Of a DNA stretch of 64,000 bases, positions 18,766 through 28,911 are shown in pieces (the first letter of the stretch is position 1; each line of letters begins with the position of its first letter). The position numbers and the translations under genes are program-made. A model generated the notes under the pieces. That model had not been told where the DNA came from and did no database searches. It saw nothing but the letters and a program-made list of their open reading frames with translations. This DNA is from a virus. The stretch lies in IMG/VR virus record IMGVR_UViG_3300033233_000015, positions 32,001 through 96,000 of that record. One strand, 5' to 3'.

Positions 18766-19138
18766 GCGCAAACCGTACGTCGCGCCGAAGATCGTCATCC
18801 TGCCGACGACGATGGTGGTTTCTCGTCCGCGCTGGAAGGAGTTCCTCTCTCGCATGGAGGGGAAAGAGGGCTGCAACTTCCGCGAGGATCCGAAGAAGCT
18901 AGAGACCCGCAAGGAGAGCGCGCGGTTCGGCAAGCCTCGGATCGTTTGGAACTGCGAGCACACCCTGAATATCGCCTCGCGACTGCTTCGAAAGATGGGC
19001 TTCGATGTCGAATCGTCGCTCACTTACTTCCGCAGCCGCGGCGGCTACTGCGACTGCGAAGTGCTCTTCAACGTGCCGCGTCGACGTCGTCGCGGGCGAC
19101 AGCGACGGCGCATTCGGAAGAAGGGATCACCGTCATGA
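18755..19138 (+). CDS. DUF2695-like protein
   Basis: YFRSRGGYCDCEVLFN. Confidence 0.7.
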   Translation: MATRRKPYVAPKIVILPTTMVVSRPRWKEFLSRMEGKEGCNFREDPKKLETRKESARFGKPRIVWNCEHTLNIASRLLRKMGFDVESSLTYFRSRGGYCDCEVLFNVPRRRRRGRQRRRIRKKGSPS

Positions 19139-19603
19139 CGCGGCACTTTTCGTTCTGGTGCGAGTCATGCCCGACGCGCGTTCTGGTGGAGACGGAGGTG
19201 TCCGCAGCTTCCTGCTATCCCGATCCTGAGTACGTGGGCGCGATGGACGGAGTGGCCACCGCACGTATCCGTCCGCCTGTAGAACACGATGACGGGCTTG
19301 AGATCGCTGATCTCTGCCCCGCGGACGGCGGGCAGCTGCACTGCCTCGACGAACTGATCGGTCGAGGCCTCATCCCGCATCACGACGACATCGACTCTCC
19401 GAATCTGCACGCAGGTTGGATCGAGAAAAGAAAGGCGAGTGCGTGAACTCGCGTCGCCCGTGCCCCGACTGCGGCGAACCGGTCGAGGTTCGCCGCTCGG
19501 AGTCGGAGGGGAACTATCCAGGCGCGATGGTGATCTTGGGCTTCGAGATCAAGTGCGGTCCCGAACACGAACGACGATGCCGATACTACAAGGAGAAGAC
19601 ATC

Positions 19604-19891
19604 ATGAGCGCTCGAGGCAAGGCAAGGAAGTTGGTCCGTCTCGCTACGGACAAGGGGACACCGGACAACGAAGCGATGGCCGCCGCGATGACGGCATGCA
19701 GGATCATCAACGAGAACGATCTGCTCGACGACGAAGGCGAGGGTGGTATCGGATCGATCATCAGCGGCGCTGGTCTCGACGAAGATCAGGTCGAAGCCGC
19801 CACATCGATCTTCAAGAAGCTCTCCGATCCCGAGTTCGTCTCGTCGGTGAAGAAGATCGCGCGTTCGCTCATGCGGGGGAGGCGGAGGTGA
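19604..19891 (+). CDS. DUF2786-like protein
   Basis: KARKLVRLATDKGTPDNEAMAA. Confidence 0.5.
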   Translation: MSARGKARKLVRLATDKGTPDNEAMAAAMTACRIINENDLLDDEGEGGIGSIISGAGLDEDQVEAATSIFKKLSDPEFVSSVKKIARSLMRGRRR

Positions 19892-20290
19892 ACCGCGACA
19901 CGCGACGACGTGCCGAGCGTCGCGCTGAAGGCGTCTGTATTCGGTGCGGCAAATGGGAGATCGCGCGCGAGCGATCACGATCACGGTGCGGCGACTGCCT
20001 CGAATACCAACGGACACGAAACGAGCGAGCGAGGAGACGATGAGCTGGCACGCGCGATGGGGAAAACCCGATCCGTTCAAGAAGCCGGTCAAGGTCGGCG
20101 AGCGAATCGGACCATGGGAGGTGCTCGGCGAAGTTCGCGCGCACGCGCACTACGGTGTTCAAATCAAGGCGCGATGCATCGTCTGCGGGGTCACGCGCAT
20201 CCACGTTCAGACGCGCTTGCGGTACGCGGCGAAGAAGGCGAAGCGCGGTGGCGTCGCGCTCGGTCACAAGGGATGCGGAAAGACGAAGCG

Positions 20291-20818
20291 ATGATCTCCA
20301 CCACATGCATCGTGTGCGGCGGGTTCGCGACCGAGTGGTGTGCTCGGCTCGAGCATCGCGCGTTCGCGTCGAGCATCACGCCGAAGATGGAGCCGCACTG
20401 CCGCGAGCACGGGATGGTGAGATTCTTAGACGACTCGAAGCGTGTCGATTGGGCCGCGCGTCTCGCCGTCGTCAAGAGCGACTGGTATCGCGTGCTCAAG
20501 TTCTGCAGCATCGAGCCCGCCTTCAACGACTCGATGACGGATTCGCTCGCGGTCGAACGGTACATCAAGGAGCTTCAGATCGCCCTCGACCTCGCGGGCA
20601 CCGTCATGTGTCTCATGTGCACGCGCACCGATCACACGACAGCCGAGCACGAGCGGCTCGCGGAGATGAGCCCGCAGCCCTCTGGCGGCATCGAGGCGAT
20701 GCGCAAGGGCGAGTTGAAGAAACTTCGCAAGATCGCAGAGGCGGCCCGAGACGTCGTCGATTCGACGGAGGACGTCTTCGCCGAGCTCAACGAACTGCTC
20801 CGAGAGGCTGGCTACTAG
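20291..20818 (+). CDS. hypothetical protein with Cys/His motifs
   Basis: CIVCG, CREH, CLMC; coupled start. Confidence 0.5.
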   Translation: MISTTCIVCGGFATEWCARLEHRAFASSITPKMEPHCREHGMVRFLDDSKRVDWAARLAVVKSDWYRVLKFCSIEPAFNDSMTDSLAVERYIKELQIALDLAGTVMCLMCTRTDHTTAEHERLAEMSPQPSGGIEAMRKGELKKLRKIAEAARDVVDSTEDVFAELNELLREAGY

Positions 20819-21275
20819 TGGGCGCCGTAGATATCTTCTCCGCGACGGAGCCGTGCGAGTATGAGGGCTCGCGCAAGGTGATCTCGCGCGACGGACACGC
20901 TTCACCGCTGCTCTGCGTCGCGCATGCGGAGGAGTGGTTCAAGAACGTGCCCGGCTGCACGCACATCGCGCGTCCGAGGCTCCTTCCGGGCGAGGGAGAA
21001 TCGCACCCCTGCCAAGCGAACTGGCCGTTCACGGGGGCTGTACCAGGATGAAGAAAGGATCGGATCATGACGCCTAGAGAATTGGGTGGAGCAATCACGC
21101 GCGCGGAGGACGTGTTCGTTTGGGTGGGGTACACCCGAGACAAGGGGGTGTTCATTCGCGTCCCGAAGCCGGCGGCGAGAGAGATTGTGGACGAGGCGAA
21201 AGCCGAAGAGGTGACGAACGTCGAGGCGCACGCCTCCGGCAACGAAGTCTTCATTGGCCATTCGCCGCCGTACTG

Positions 21276-22163
21276 ATGCTCTCCCTACCTTCCGAACTCG
21301 CAGGTCTTCCGCTCGTCGCGTCCGTGAGCGGAGGCAAGGATTCGACGGCGCTCATCCTCGCGCTGCTCGAGGCGGGGCTCGTGACGCGCTACGTCTTCGC
21401 CGACACGGGATGGGAAGCGCCAGAGACGTACACGTACCTCGACACGCTCCGCACGAAGCTCGGGATCGTGATCGACGTAGTGGGCGTGCCAGGAGGGATG
21501 CTCGCCATCGCGACGAAGAAGGCGGGCTTCCCTCAGCGCAAGGGGCGGTGGTGCACCGAGAAGCTCAAGATGATTCCGATCCGCGAATACCACCGCGCGA
21601 TCGGCGCCGACGTCGTCAACGTGGTCGGCGTCCGCGCGGAAGAGAGCGCGAAGCGGGCGGCGATGTCGGAACTCGAGGACGACGCCGAATGGGGCGGGTG
21701 GGTGTGGAGACCGCTGCTTCGATGGAGCGTCGCGGAGGTGCTGGCGATCCACCATCGACACGGCGTCCCCGTGAACCCGCTCTACAAGCGCGGTCACAAC
21801 CGCGTCGGCTGCTACCCGTGCATCAACGCCGACAAGGAAGAGATCCGCCTCGTCGCCGAACACTCGCCCGAGCGCATCGACGAGATTCGGGCGCACGAGC
21901 TGGCGCAGAGCACCGAGCGCGCGCGCCGCAACACGAGCGGCGAAGGAAACTTCAAGCATCTGACCTCGACGTACTTCAGTGCGCGTGAGTCGCTCGGACC
22001 GCGCGGCATCGACGAGGTCGTGGAGTGGTCGCGCACCGACCACGGCGGCAAGCAGCTGCCGCTCCTCGCTTCCGTTCCGAGCGGCGGATGTATGCGATGG
22101 GGTCTCTGCGAACCGCCGACGACGGAAGGAGAAGGAGAAGACGATGCAGCACAAGGAAATTGA
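21276..22163 (+). CDS. PAPS reductase family protein
   Basis: SVSGGKDS, DTGWE, RWCTEKLK, GVRAEES, RVGCYPC. Confidence 0.9.
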   Translation: MLSLPSELAGLPLVASVSGGKDSTALILALLEAGLVTRYVFADTGWEAPETYTYLDTLRTKLGIVIDVVGVPGGMLAIATKKAGFPQRKGRWCTEKLKMIPIREYHRAIGADVVNVVGVRAEESAKRAAMSELEDDAEWGGWVWRPLLRWSVAEVLAIHHRHGVPVNPLYKRGHNRVGCYPCINADKEEIRLVAEHSPERIDEIRAHELAQSTERARRNTSGEGNFKHLTSTYFSARESLGPRGIDEVVEWSRTDHGGKQLPLLASVPSGGCMRWGLCEPPTTEGEGEDDAAQGN

Positions 22164-22819
22164 CTCGATGCCTACGGGGGTGGCTCACCCCGACGGCCGC
22201 ACGTACAGCAACGCGACGCCCGACGACAAGAAGCCGATCGACAAGGACACCCCAAAGTGCGTCGGCTGCGGAAGCTGGCATGGGGGTGTAGGGGCAGAGC
22301 ATCTCTGCATGCAGGCGGAGATCCTCCGCCTACGAACGGAGAACCACGCACTGAGGCTGCGATGACAGACGACGATCCGTTTTTCCCTACGACGATGACC
22401 ACCGCAGCGAAGGCCGATCTCGAGCTGCTCGATCGCATCCTCGATCCGCGAAACGATCCCGAACTGTCACCCGCCGAGCGGCGCGCGTTCCACGACATGC
22501 GGTGCACGATTCGCGCGGGAGACCAGGGCAGGCTCACCGCGAAACAAGCGGCGTGGGCGAACGAGGTCAATGCGCGGCTCAGGCCGATCGATCTCAGTAC
22601 GGTGCCTGGGCTGACGGGTCGCGTTCCAACGATGTCCGTGCTCGCGGCGCCGCTACCGAAAAGGCCACCCGGACGATGAAAACGTGCGAGGTGTGCGGGT
22701 GCCAGGTTCCCGATCGCAGTCACCAGGACGCGACCGCGCGGACTTGCTCTCCGACGTGCGCGTCGACGCTGTTCAAGCGCGAACATCCCGACTGGTCTCG
22801 TCGTCTTCTCGTTGCGGAC

Positions 22820-22945
22820 GAGGATCACCCGATGCTCGGGCTTCGGATAGTACGGCGCGAGCGTCCACTTCCCACCGAAGTAGGAGAAGAACGGCCTGAG
22901 CGGCGCGCTGAATCCGAAGCCGAGCTGTCGGGTTGGCTCTCTCAT
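22820..22945 (-). pseudogene. N-terminal remnant of a Dam/D12-class adenine methylase
   Basis: PLRPFFSYFGGKWTLAPYYPKPEHRVI, then no EPFxG motif. Confidence 0.55.
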
Positions 22946-23499
22946 TGGTCGTCCTGCTTGCGGGACGAGTACGACGGACGTGGCGGCCGGCGGAGAGGCG
23001 AGGACGGCATGAACGAATGGGAAAAATTGCCAGCGGACACGTCTAAGACGTGCGGGTATTCCGAACTGCCGTTTCACGGCGGGACCATCGTGGTGTGGAC
23101 CTCGAACGAAGATGCTTCAGGTCGATGCGGTAAGAAGGCAACGACGGCACGCATCTCTAGATGCGGATGCGGCAGGCGCGACATGTCCACCTTCTGTTGC
23201 GACAAGCATCGGAAACACGCGGGTTCGTGATCCGATGAGCAGGGGCGCCCAACGCGACGAGACGATCCTTCTCCAGCAGATGGTCGACGCCATCCGCGAG
23301 TCGCGAGGCCAACCTCCTCTCTACGCGACCGATCGCGAGACGTACCACGTGTACCCCGATCCAACCGCGAGCCGAGATTTTCTTCCGTCCGGCATGAAGC
23401 GCAGTCGCGTCTATCAGTGACGAGCCCACACCCACGCGAGCGCGATGACGACCGCGATCGATCCCAAGATGACGATCGCGACGAGGACCACGCCCTCCT

Positions 23500-24471
23500 T
23501 CACGAGAAGGCTCGGCGGAAGAAGTCGACGACACCGCCCACGACAGCGCCAACGAGGGCGCCGACGGGACCTCCGATCGCAGCTCCGACCGCTACGCCTC
23601 CCGCGATGATCGCCACGTCGCTAGCGCCCGATCCTTTCGTAGCGACCATCGGCGAACGAAGACCTGCCGTGCACATCATGCCGACCTTCGTCTGCACAGC
23701 GACGCAGTTGTACGGCGCGATTCCTGGCTGACGACCGACGAGCAGTGGCTTGCCGTCATGAACCATGAGACCGCAGAGCTCGGGATCGCTCATCACATCG
23801 ACCGTGTCTCTTGGGGTGCCGTCCACGATGCAGTAGCGACTGAGGAGTCCCTGCGCGATCCCCACATAGTCGTCCTGATCGGTGCCGTGAAACGGGGGCC
23901 ACCAGTAGCCTTGGATGACTCCGATGCTCGGTTCGCTCACCGTCTTCGCGACCTTGACCCCGAGCCAGGTCGTCCCTCCGGGCTGCGGCACGTACTGGCC
24001 GTAGTTCTCGGCCTTGCCAGGATAGCTGGCGAGCTGGTTGTCGATGATCCACGGCTTGCCGGGACCGAAGAAGAGCCCACCCGAGTAGCCCGCCTTCACG
24101 AGCGCGTCGTCGAGCATCTTCGAGTTCGTTCGCATCGTCGAAACGAACATCATCTCGTTCGTCGTGAGATGCATCATTCCGAGCGTGATCGGCGTCACCG
24201 TCACCGCGCGTTGCATGTACGCGAGGTCCGAGAGACGCGCGGTGAGGAACGTGCACTCAAGGATGTCCGCCACCCGCTGCATGATGCGTGCGCCCATGCC
24301 CGGATAGAAGCCGTCGATCTTGATCGGCGTCGAGGTCACGTAGAACGTCGCGGTGTGGTTCTTGTACGAGCTCGTGATGGGCGTGAACGTGACCTGAGCC
24401 TGCCCGTTCTTCACGGCGTCGAGGACGAGAGCTTCGTAGGCGGGATCGCTTGCTGACTTGGGCCAGTTCAT
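23500..24471 (-). CDS. hypothetical protein with C-terminal Gly-zipper membrane anchor
   Basis: start MNWPKSASDP coupled to the upstream stop; C-terminal IIAGGVAVGAAIGGPVGALVGAVVGG. Confidence 0.7.
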   Translation of the reverse strand: MNWPKSASDPAYEALVLDAVKNGQAQVTFTPITSSYKNHTATFYVTSTPIKIDGFYPGMGARIMQRVADILECTFLTARLSDLAYMQRAVTVTPITLGMMHLTTNEMMFVSTMRTNSKMLDDALVKAGYSGGLFFGPGKPWIIDNQLASYPGKAENYGQYVPQPGGTTWLGVKVAKTVSEPSIGVIQGYWWPPFHGTDQDDYVGIAQGLLSRYCIVDGTPRDTVDVMSDPELCGLMVHDGKPLLVGRQPGIAPYNCVAVQTKVGMMCTAGLRSPMVATKGSGASDVAIIAGGVAVGAAIGGPVGALVGAVVGGVVDFFRRAFS

Positions 24472-24887
24472 TTTTGCATCAACTCCCATCCCGTAAACGC
24501 GAGGCCAGCACTGAGCGACACGATGGTGAGCACCGCAGCGGTCTTCGACAAGCTCGACATCTGCTGTACGGGCGGCGTCGGTTCTACGCCGCCCGTCGGA
24601 ACGTACGCGCCGCACGCGTGGAAGCATCCCTCAAGGGGGTTGCCCTGCCGATCGCGCGTCCATGTGTGCGGCTCGACGAGGAGAAGCGCGGTCACTCCGG
24701 GCAGAGGGAAGCTCTCGGTTACGCCGAGCGGAATCGCCAGATCGTTCGCCAGGGCGTTCGCTCGAGCGACGAGCGCTGCAGGGATGGGGCCGTCTTCGCC
24801 CTCATTCCAGTAGCGGTATCCGCTCGGAATGACTCCGCGCGGGCACTTGGCGGCGTAGCCCGCTCCTGCTCCGTACGAGACAGACAT
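24468..24887 (-). CDS. hypothetical tail-anchored membrane protein
   Basis: C-terminal AAVLTIVSLSAGLAFTGW. Confidence 0.65.
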   Translation of the reverse strand: MSVSYGAGAGYAAKCPRGVIPSGYRYWNEGEDGPIPAALVARANALANDLAIPLGVTESFPLPGVTALLLVEPHTWTRDRQGNPLEGCFHACGAYVPTGGVEPTPPVQQMSSLSKTAAVLTIVSLSAGLAFTGWELMQK

Positions 24888-24903
24888 CGCTCAGGAGCGT
24901 AAC

Positions 24904-25932
24904 ATGCGGGGCATGTACGTGCGCGACGGCTTCGAGGACGTGGCCTTCAACGGAAGGCGAGTCACGAGTCTCGGATACGGTCTCGGGTTCGATCTCAGCG
25001 ACGTGGGCGACGCGGTTATGGATGTTGTTGACGCCGCCATCGATGCGGTCGCGTACTTTGGAAAGCACCTCGACTCGGTTGCCGAAATTGCGATCGTGGC
25101 CGGTCTCGTGATGGCGACTGGCGGCGGGGTCTTGCTCGCGAAGGGCGCGGTAGGTGCCGCAACACTCATCGCGGTGGGTGGTGCGCTGAGTTCTGCGGGG
25201 TACGCGATCGATCGGTTGGAAAAACAGTACGGACCGCAAATCAAGGCCGCGATCGATTGGGCTCAGACGGGAACTCACTCCGCGACCGACGCGCTCCGCA
25301 AAGCGATGCACGACATGCCTCCGAAGGAGCAGGCCGATCTCATCGCGTCGCAGGACTACCGTATCGCGATCAATCTGCTCAACGACTACGGGGCTCACCC
25401 CGAACGCACTGCGGGAATGCCTGAGCCGACGTTTCGCGATCCGGATGTTGATGTGGCTGCGATCTTGAAGAAGGTCAGCGCGAACGAGCTGACGGGACGC
25501 GAAGCGTACGAAGCGTTCGCGAACAGCGGTCGCATGGCCGAGAGCGCGATCGAGCGTGCGAAGTGGGAGAACAGCCTTCGCTATTCACCGATCGGGGCGC
25601 TCATCCTCGCTGGCATCGCCGAGAACAGCAAGTCGGCTGTCGTGATGCTCGGCACGGCTCGAGATTTGGAGAACGCGGCAGCCGCACATCCATCCAACGA
25701 GTCGGAGCTCCTCGGTCTCGCGAAGACGTTGAGGGAACGTGCGAAGCAGACGGCTCGCGCTGCCGCTGGAGCGGGGGTCGCGAGCGCGGGGGTCGCGAGC
25801 ACGAGCGGCAAGAAAAAACTCGTCGTCGGCACCGTCGTCGCGGGCGGCGCTGCGGCGGGCGGGCTCGCGTGGTACGCGAGCAAGCACGGCCTCACGATGA
25901 TGCAGGCGCTTCGTCGGATCTTCGGTCATTGA
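24904..25932 (+). CDS. membrane protein with GRxV..GLG leader
   Basis: AGGAG RBS; FNGRRVTSLGYGLG; internal and C-terminal TM segments. Confidence 0.7.
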   Translation: MRGMYVRDGFEDVAFNGRRVTSLGYGLGFDLSDVGDAVMDVVDAAIDAVAYFGKHLDSVAEIAIVAGLVMATGGGVLLAKGAVGAATLIAVGGALSSAGYAIDRLEKQYGPQIKAAIDWAQTGTHSATDALRKAMHDMPPKEQADLIASQDYRIAINLLNDYGAHPERTAGMPEPTFRDPDVDVAAILKKVSANELTGREAYEAFANSGRMAESAIERAKWENSLRYSPIGALILAGIAENSKSAVVMLGTARDLENAAAAHPSNESELLGLAKTLRERAKQTARAAAGAGVASAGVASTSGKKKLVVGTVVAGGAAAGGLAWYASKHGLTMMQALRRIFGH

Positions 25933-25957
25933 CGAGCGAGCGACTCACGCTTAGGCT
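25929..25957 (+). promoter_or_regulatory. sigma70-like promoter, possibly leaderless
   Basis: TTGACG-N17-TAGGCT, 6 nt before GTG 25964. Confidence 0.45.
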
Positions 25958-25963
25958 ACTTCC

Positions 25964-26152
25964 GTGATCCCGAAGCTCACCGAGGTTTTCCACTTCAAGG
26001 CCACTCCCGAGCAGGCTCGCGCGATCAAGAGGATGGCCAAAGCCCGACGCATGCATGTCGGAGCGTGGCTCCGATCGGTCGTCGTCGCTGCGTCTGCTCC
26101 TCTCTCAAGCAACGGGTCGATGAATCTCGACACGCCGAGGCTACCGAAATGA
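25964..26152 (+). CDS. ribbon-helix-helix regulator
   Basis: VFHFKATPEQARAIKRMAKARRMHVGAWLRSVV. Confidence 0.6.
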   Translation: MIPKLTEVFHFKATPEQARAIKRMAKARRMHVGAWLRSVVVAASAPLSSNGSMNLDTPRLPK

Positions 26153-26631
26153 GCTCGCCCCAGGATCAGATTCTCGGCTTCCAGCCGGAATCCAAGGTTT
26201 CGATCGACGCCCGGCATTGGGAGTCTCTCAAGCGCATCGTGTGGCGCATGAAGACGTCGTGGGGCTTCGTCGAGAGCGAGTGCCGCGACCTCATCGCTTC
26301 GTGCCAGCACGCTGAGGGATGTTTGGGAGCCGACGACATTCGAGAGCCGTGCCTGTCGTCGTGTCCCGACAGGCAGACCCGCCTCTCGGCGCTCGTCATC
26401 TACGCCAACGCGCGCGAGTTCATCTCCGTGAACGCGCCCAAGCCCACCTCGATCGAGGGCGGCGGATACATCCCGCCGACGCGTGAGTTCTTCGATCTCG
26501 TTCTGAGCGAGCTCGTCGTCGCGCACGCCGAGCTCGACGACATGAAGAAGTTGATTCAGGAATCGGGCGCGACTCTTCCGCCCACCGTCAGTCCGCCCGT
26601 CCTCCCCCCAAAATCGGAGCCTCAACCGTGA
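26149..26631 (+). CDS. hypothetical protein
   Basis: coupled start and stop. Confidence 0.6.
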   Translation: MSSPQDQILGFQPESKVSIDARHWESLKRIVWRMKTSWGFVESECRDLIASCQHAEGCLGADDIREPCLSSCPDRQTRLSALVIYANAREFISVNAPKPTSIEGGGYIPPTREFFDLVLSELVVAHAELDDMKKLIQESGATLPPTVSPPVLPPKSEPQP

Positions 26632-26984
26632 ACATCGAGCTCGATCCGCAAGCCAACATCATCATCGCCCGCCTCATCGACATGCAGCGCACCGAGAGCG
26701 GCATCATCATGCCCGACACGCAGATCAAGGGCGTCACCGTCTTCGCGCTCGTCGAGCGAATCGGTCCCGACGTCAAGCGATGCAAGCCCGGCGATGTCAT
26801 CCTTCCTCGAGCGGTGGAGCACTGCTGGCTTCGGGGTGGTACATTCCATCGCGCGCTCATTCAGGACGAGCACGTCGTCGCGATCGTCAAGAACGGCTTC
26901 AACCGCGAGCACATGAAGTTCGTGGACGAGCGCATCGCGGCGGGCGACGACGGCGGTGGTAAAGAAAAGAGGCTGGTCACGTGA
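26628..26984 (+). CDS. GroES-like co-chaperonin
   Basis: RTESGIIMPDT, VERIGPDV..CKPGDVIL, LIQDEHVVAIV. Confidence 0.75.
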   Translation: MNIELDPQANIIIARLIDMQRTESGIIMPDTQIKGVTVFALVERIGPDVKRCKPGDVILPRAVEHCWLRGGTFHRALIQDEHVVAIVKNGFNREHMKFVDERIAAGDDGGGKEKRLVT

Positions 26985-28123
26985 AACTCGAAGCGGTGTA
27001 CGAACGTCGCAGAGAAGTTCGCCGGCCACGCCGCGCAGCGTCGCCGTGCGGATGTGGATGCGCAGCGTCACCGCGAGGAGTCGTTCCGCCGCCAGCGCCG
27101 CGCGCGCGCGAGGTCCGACGAGAGGTTCGCGATTTCGGTTCGATGCTCGACGCGCTCGAGGCTGCGAAGGCTCAGGGCGCGACACATGCGCTGCAGAGCG
27201 GATACGCCGTCTACTTCCCGATCTCCGCTGCGGCGGGGTACGACCACTGCGCCATCTATCAGAGACTCGGCAAGTGGCACATCGAAGCGCCAGGCAAGAA
27301 GAGCAGAGGTCCGCTTCCCACGCTTGCGGTCCCGATCGGTGATCTGATCTTCTCTCTTCAAGGGCGCGGCGCGAGAGAGGCCGATCCGCCAGGCGGTCCA
27401 GTTCTGCGAGTCGGATCGACCATCGTTCTGCCCGCTGGACATCGCGTCGGTATGGGTCGTCTTCGCAAGGACACGACGGTTCGGATCGATCGAATCGAGA
27501 ACGACTCCGAGGGAGCCCCGATCTACGGGTTCTCTTGGATGGATGAGAGAGGCAAGGCCCGAAGCGGGTGGCTCTCGCAGAGCGAAGCGCTTCAATACGT
27601 TCGACGTGGCGGTTTCTCTCACGAGTCACCCTCGCGCGAGATCGAGTCGGAGTGCCGTCCGTACCTGAAGATCGAGCGCGACGAGAAGCGTTTCCGTGCG
27701 TGCCAAGCGATCGCCGATCGCATCGGGCCAATCGACTCGACCGAGAAGTCGTACGAGGTGCTTCGGCAGGCGGTTGGTCACGAACTCGCCGAGCGGTTCG
27801 GTGTGATGACGATGGACACGCACTTGAAGCTCCGCGACATCGCCGAGACCGGGGCAGGCGAGACGGACGCCGTGATGGCGCCGAAGGTGCCGACGCTTCA
27901 GGCCGCTCTCCTCTCGTCGCCGACGTACGCGATCATCTATCACGTGCATCCCGCCGCGAGCGAGAGGCCGAGCGATGCGGATGTCGAAGTGACCAAGGAC
28001 TTCGCGAAAGCGTTCGCGGAGGTCGGTGTGCCGCTACTCGATCACATCATCATCTCGACGGGATCGAAGAAGGGGCACTACTCGTTCGCCGAGTCGAAAC
28101 CGAAGACGCTTCAAGTGGAGTGA
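26981..28123 (+). CDS. multidomain protein with C-terminal RadC-like JAB domain
   Basis: E...HVHPAASERPSDADVEVT...LLDHIII. Confidence 0.85.
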   Translation: MKLEAVYERRREVRRPRRAASPCGCGCAASPRGVVPPPAPRAREVRREVRDFGSMLDALEAAKAQGATHALQSGYAVYFPISAAAGYDHCAIYQRLGKWHIEAPGKKSRGPLPTLAVPIGDLIFSLQGRGAREADPPGGPVLRVGSTIVLPAGHRVGMGRLRKDTTVRIDRIENDSEGAPIYGFSWMDERGKARSGWLSQSEALQYVRRGGFSHESPSREIESECRPYLKIERDEKRFRACQAIADRIGPIDSTEKSYEVLRQAVGHELAERFGVMTMDTHLKLRDIAETGAGETDAVMAPKVPTLQAALLSSPTYAIIYHVHPAASERPSDADVEVTKDFAKAFAEVGVPLLDHIIISTGSKKGHYSFAESKPKTLQVE

Positions 28124-28126
28124 TCG

Positions 28127-28573
28127 ATGTCGAACCAACAGCAGCAGCAGACCAAGACGCTCGAGATTCCGAAGGCCGAGTATCCGATCGTCAACAGGGT
28201 TATCACCGATCATCCGTTTCCGACGGAACCCGTACAGGGAGTGCCCGTCGATCCTCATCGCCCGGCAGCGCTGATCTGGAATCTAGGGTCACCGCATCCG
28301 ATCGTGAACAACCTCAAGATCGTGCGCATGTACGTGGTGCCCGGAATCAGTGCAGAGATTTACAGCGCGAGCGAGGACGGGAAAATGGGCGTGCGCAACG
28401 CGATCCCGTGGCCGCAAATTCGCGTCGTAGAAGAGGTGTGCGACGCCGAGTCGTTCGTCGCGGAGATTGTCGCGGCCGAGCGGGACGACGACGACGACGA
28501 CGATCCCGATCCCGAGCCTGCGCCCACTCCGCTCGTGGCTCTTCAACCAATGCCGAACGGTGGAGTTTCCTGA
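28127..28573 (+). CDS. hypothetical protein with acidic tail
   Basis: GGAG RBS, typical codon usage. Confidence 0.65.
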   Translation: MSNQQQQQTKTLEIPKAEYPIVNRVITDHPFPTEPVQGVPVDPHRPAALIWNLGSPHPIVNNLKIVRMYVVPGISAEIYSASEDGKMGVRNAIPWPQIRVVEEVCDAESFVAEIVAAERDDDDDDDPDPEPAPTPLVALQPMPNGGVS

Positions 28574-28911
28574 TGCCTCCCACGACCGCGACGCTCGTCT
28601 ATAGAGTGACGCCGACGAACGTCCTTCCGACCGCGACGATGCAGGCGAAGATGGCGGCAGTTCCGCTCTACGCAAGCGCGCTGACCGACCCGGTGCTCAA
28701 GACGCTGTTCGACTGCACGGTGGCATCCGATGCGACCGCGCCCGCAGGACCGAACATCGATCGCACCATCGTGCTCAACTTGGGCGCGGGGTTCTTCTCT
28801 CTCTTCCCGACCGCTGCCGATTGGGCAACGGCGTTCAACGATCTCTTCGGCAGAACGCTCGCTCTTCTTCTTCCGGCGCAGGTGAAGAGCCTTCCGGTGG
28901 TGTTCGCATGA
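28573..28911 (+). CDS. hypothetical protein
   Basis: TGATG coupling. Confidence 0.6.
   Translation: MPPTTATLVYRVTPTNVLPTATMQAKMAAVPLYASALTDPVLKTLFDCTVASDATAPAGPNIDRTIVLNLGAGFFSLFPTAADWATAFNDLFGRTLALLLPAQVKSLPVVFA

Noticed and set aside
21276-22163. Dnd/Ssp phosphorothioation system or sulfate assimilation
   Set aside because: a lone PAPS-reductase-family gene with no dnd/ssp or cys partners in the window
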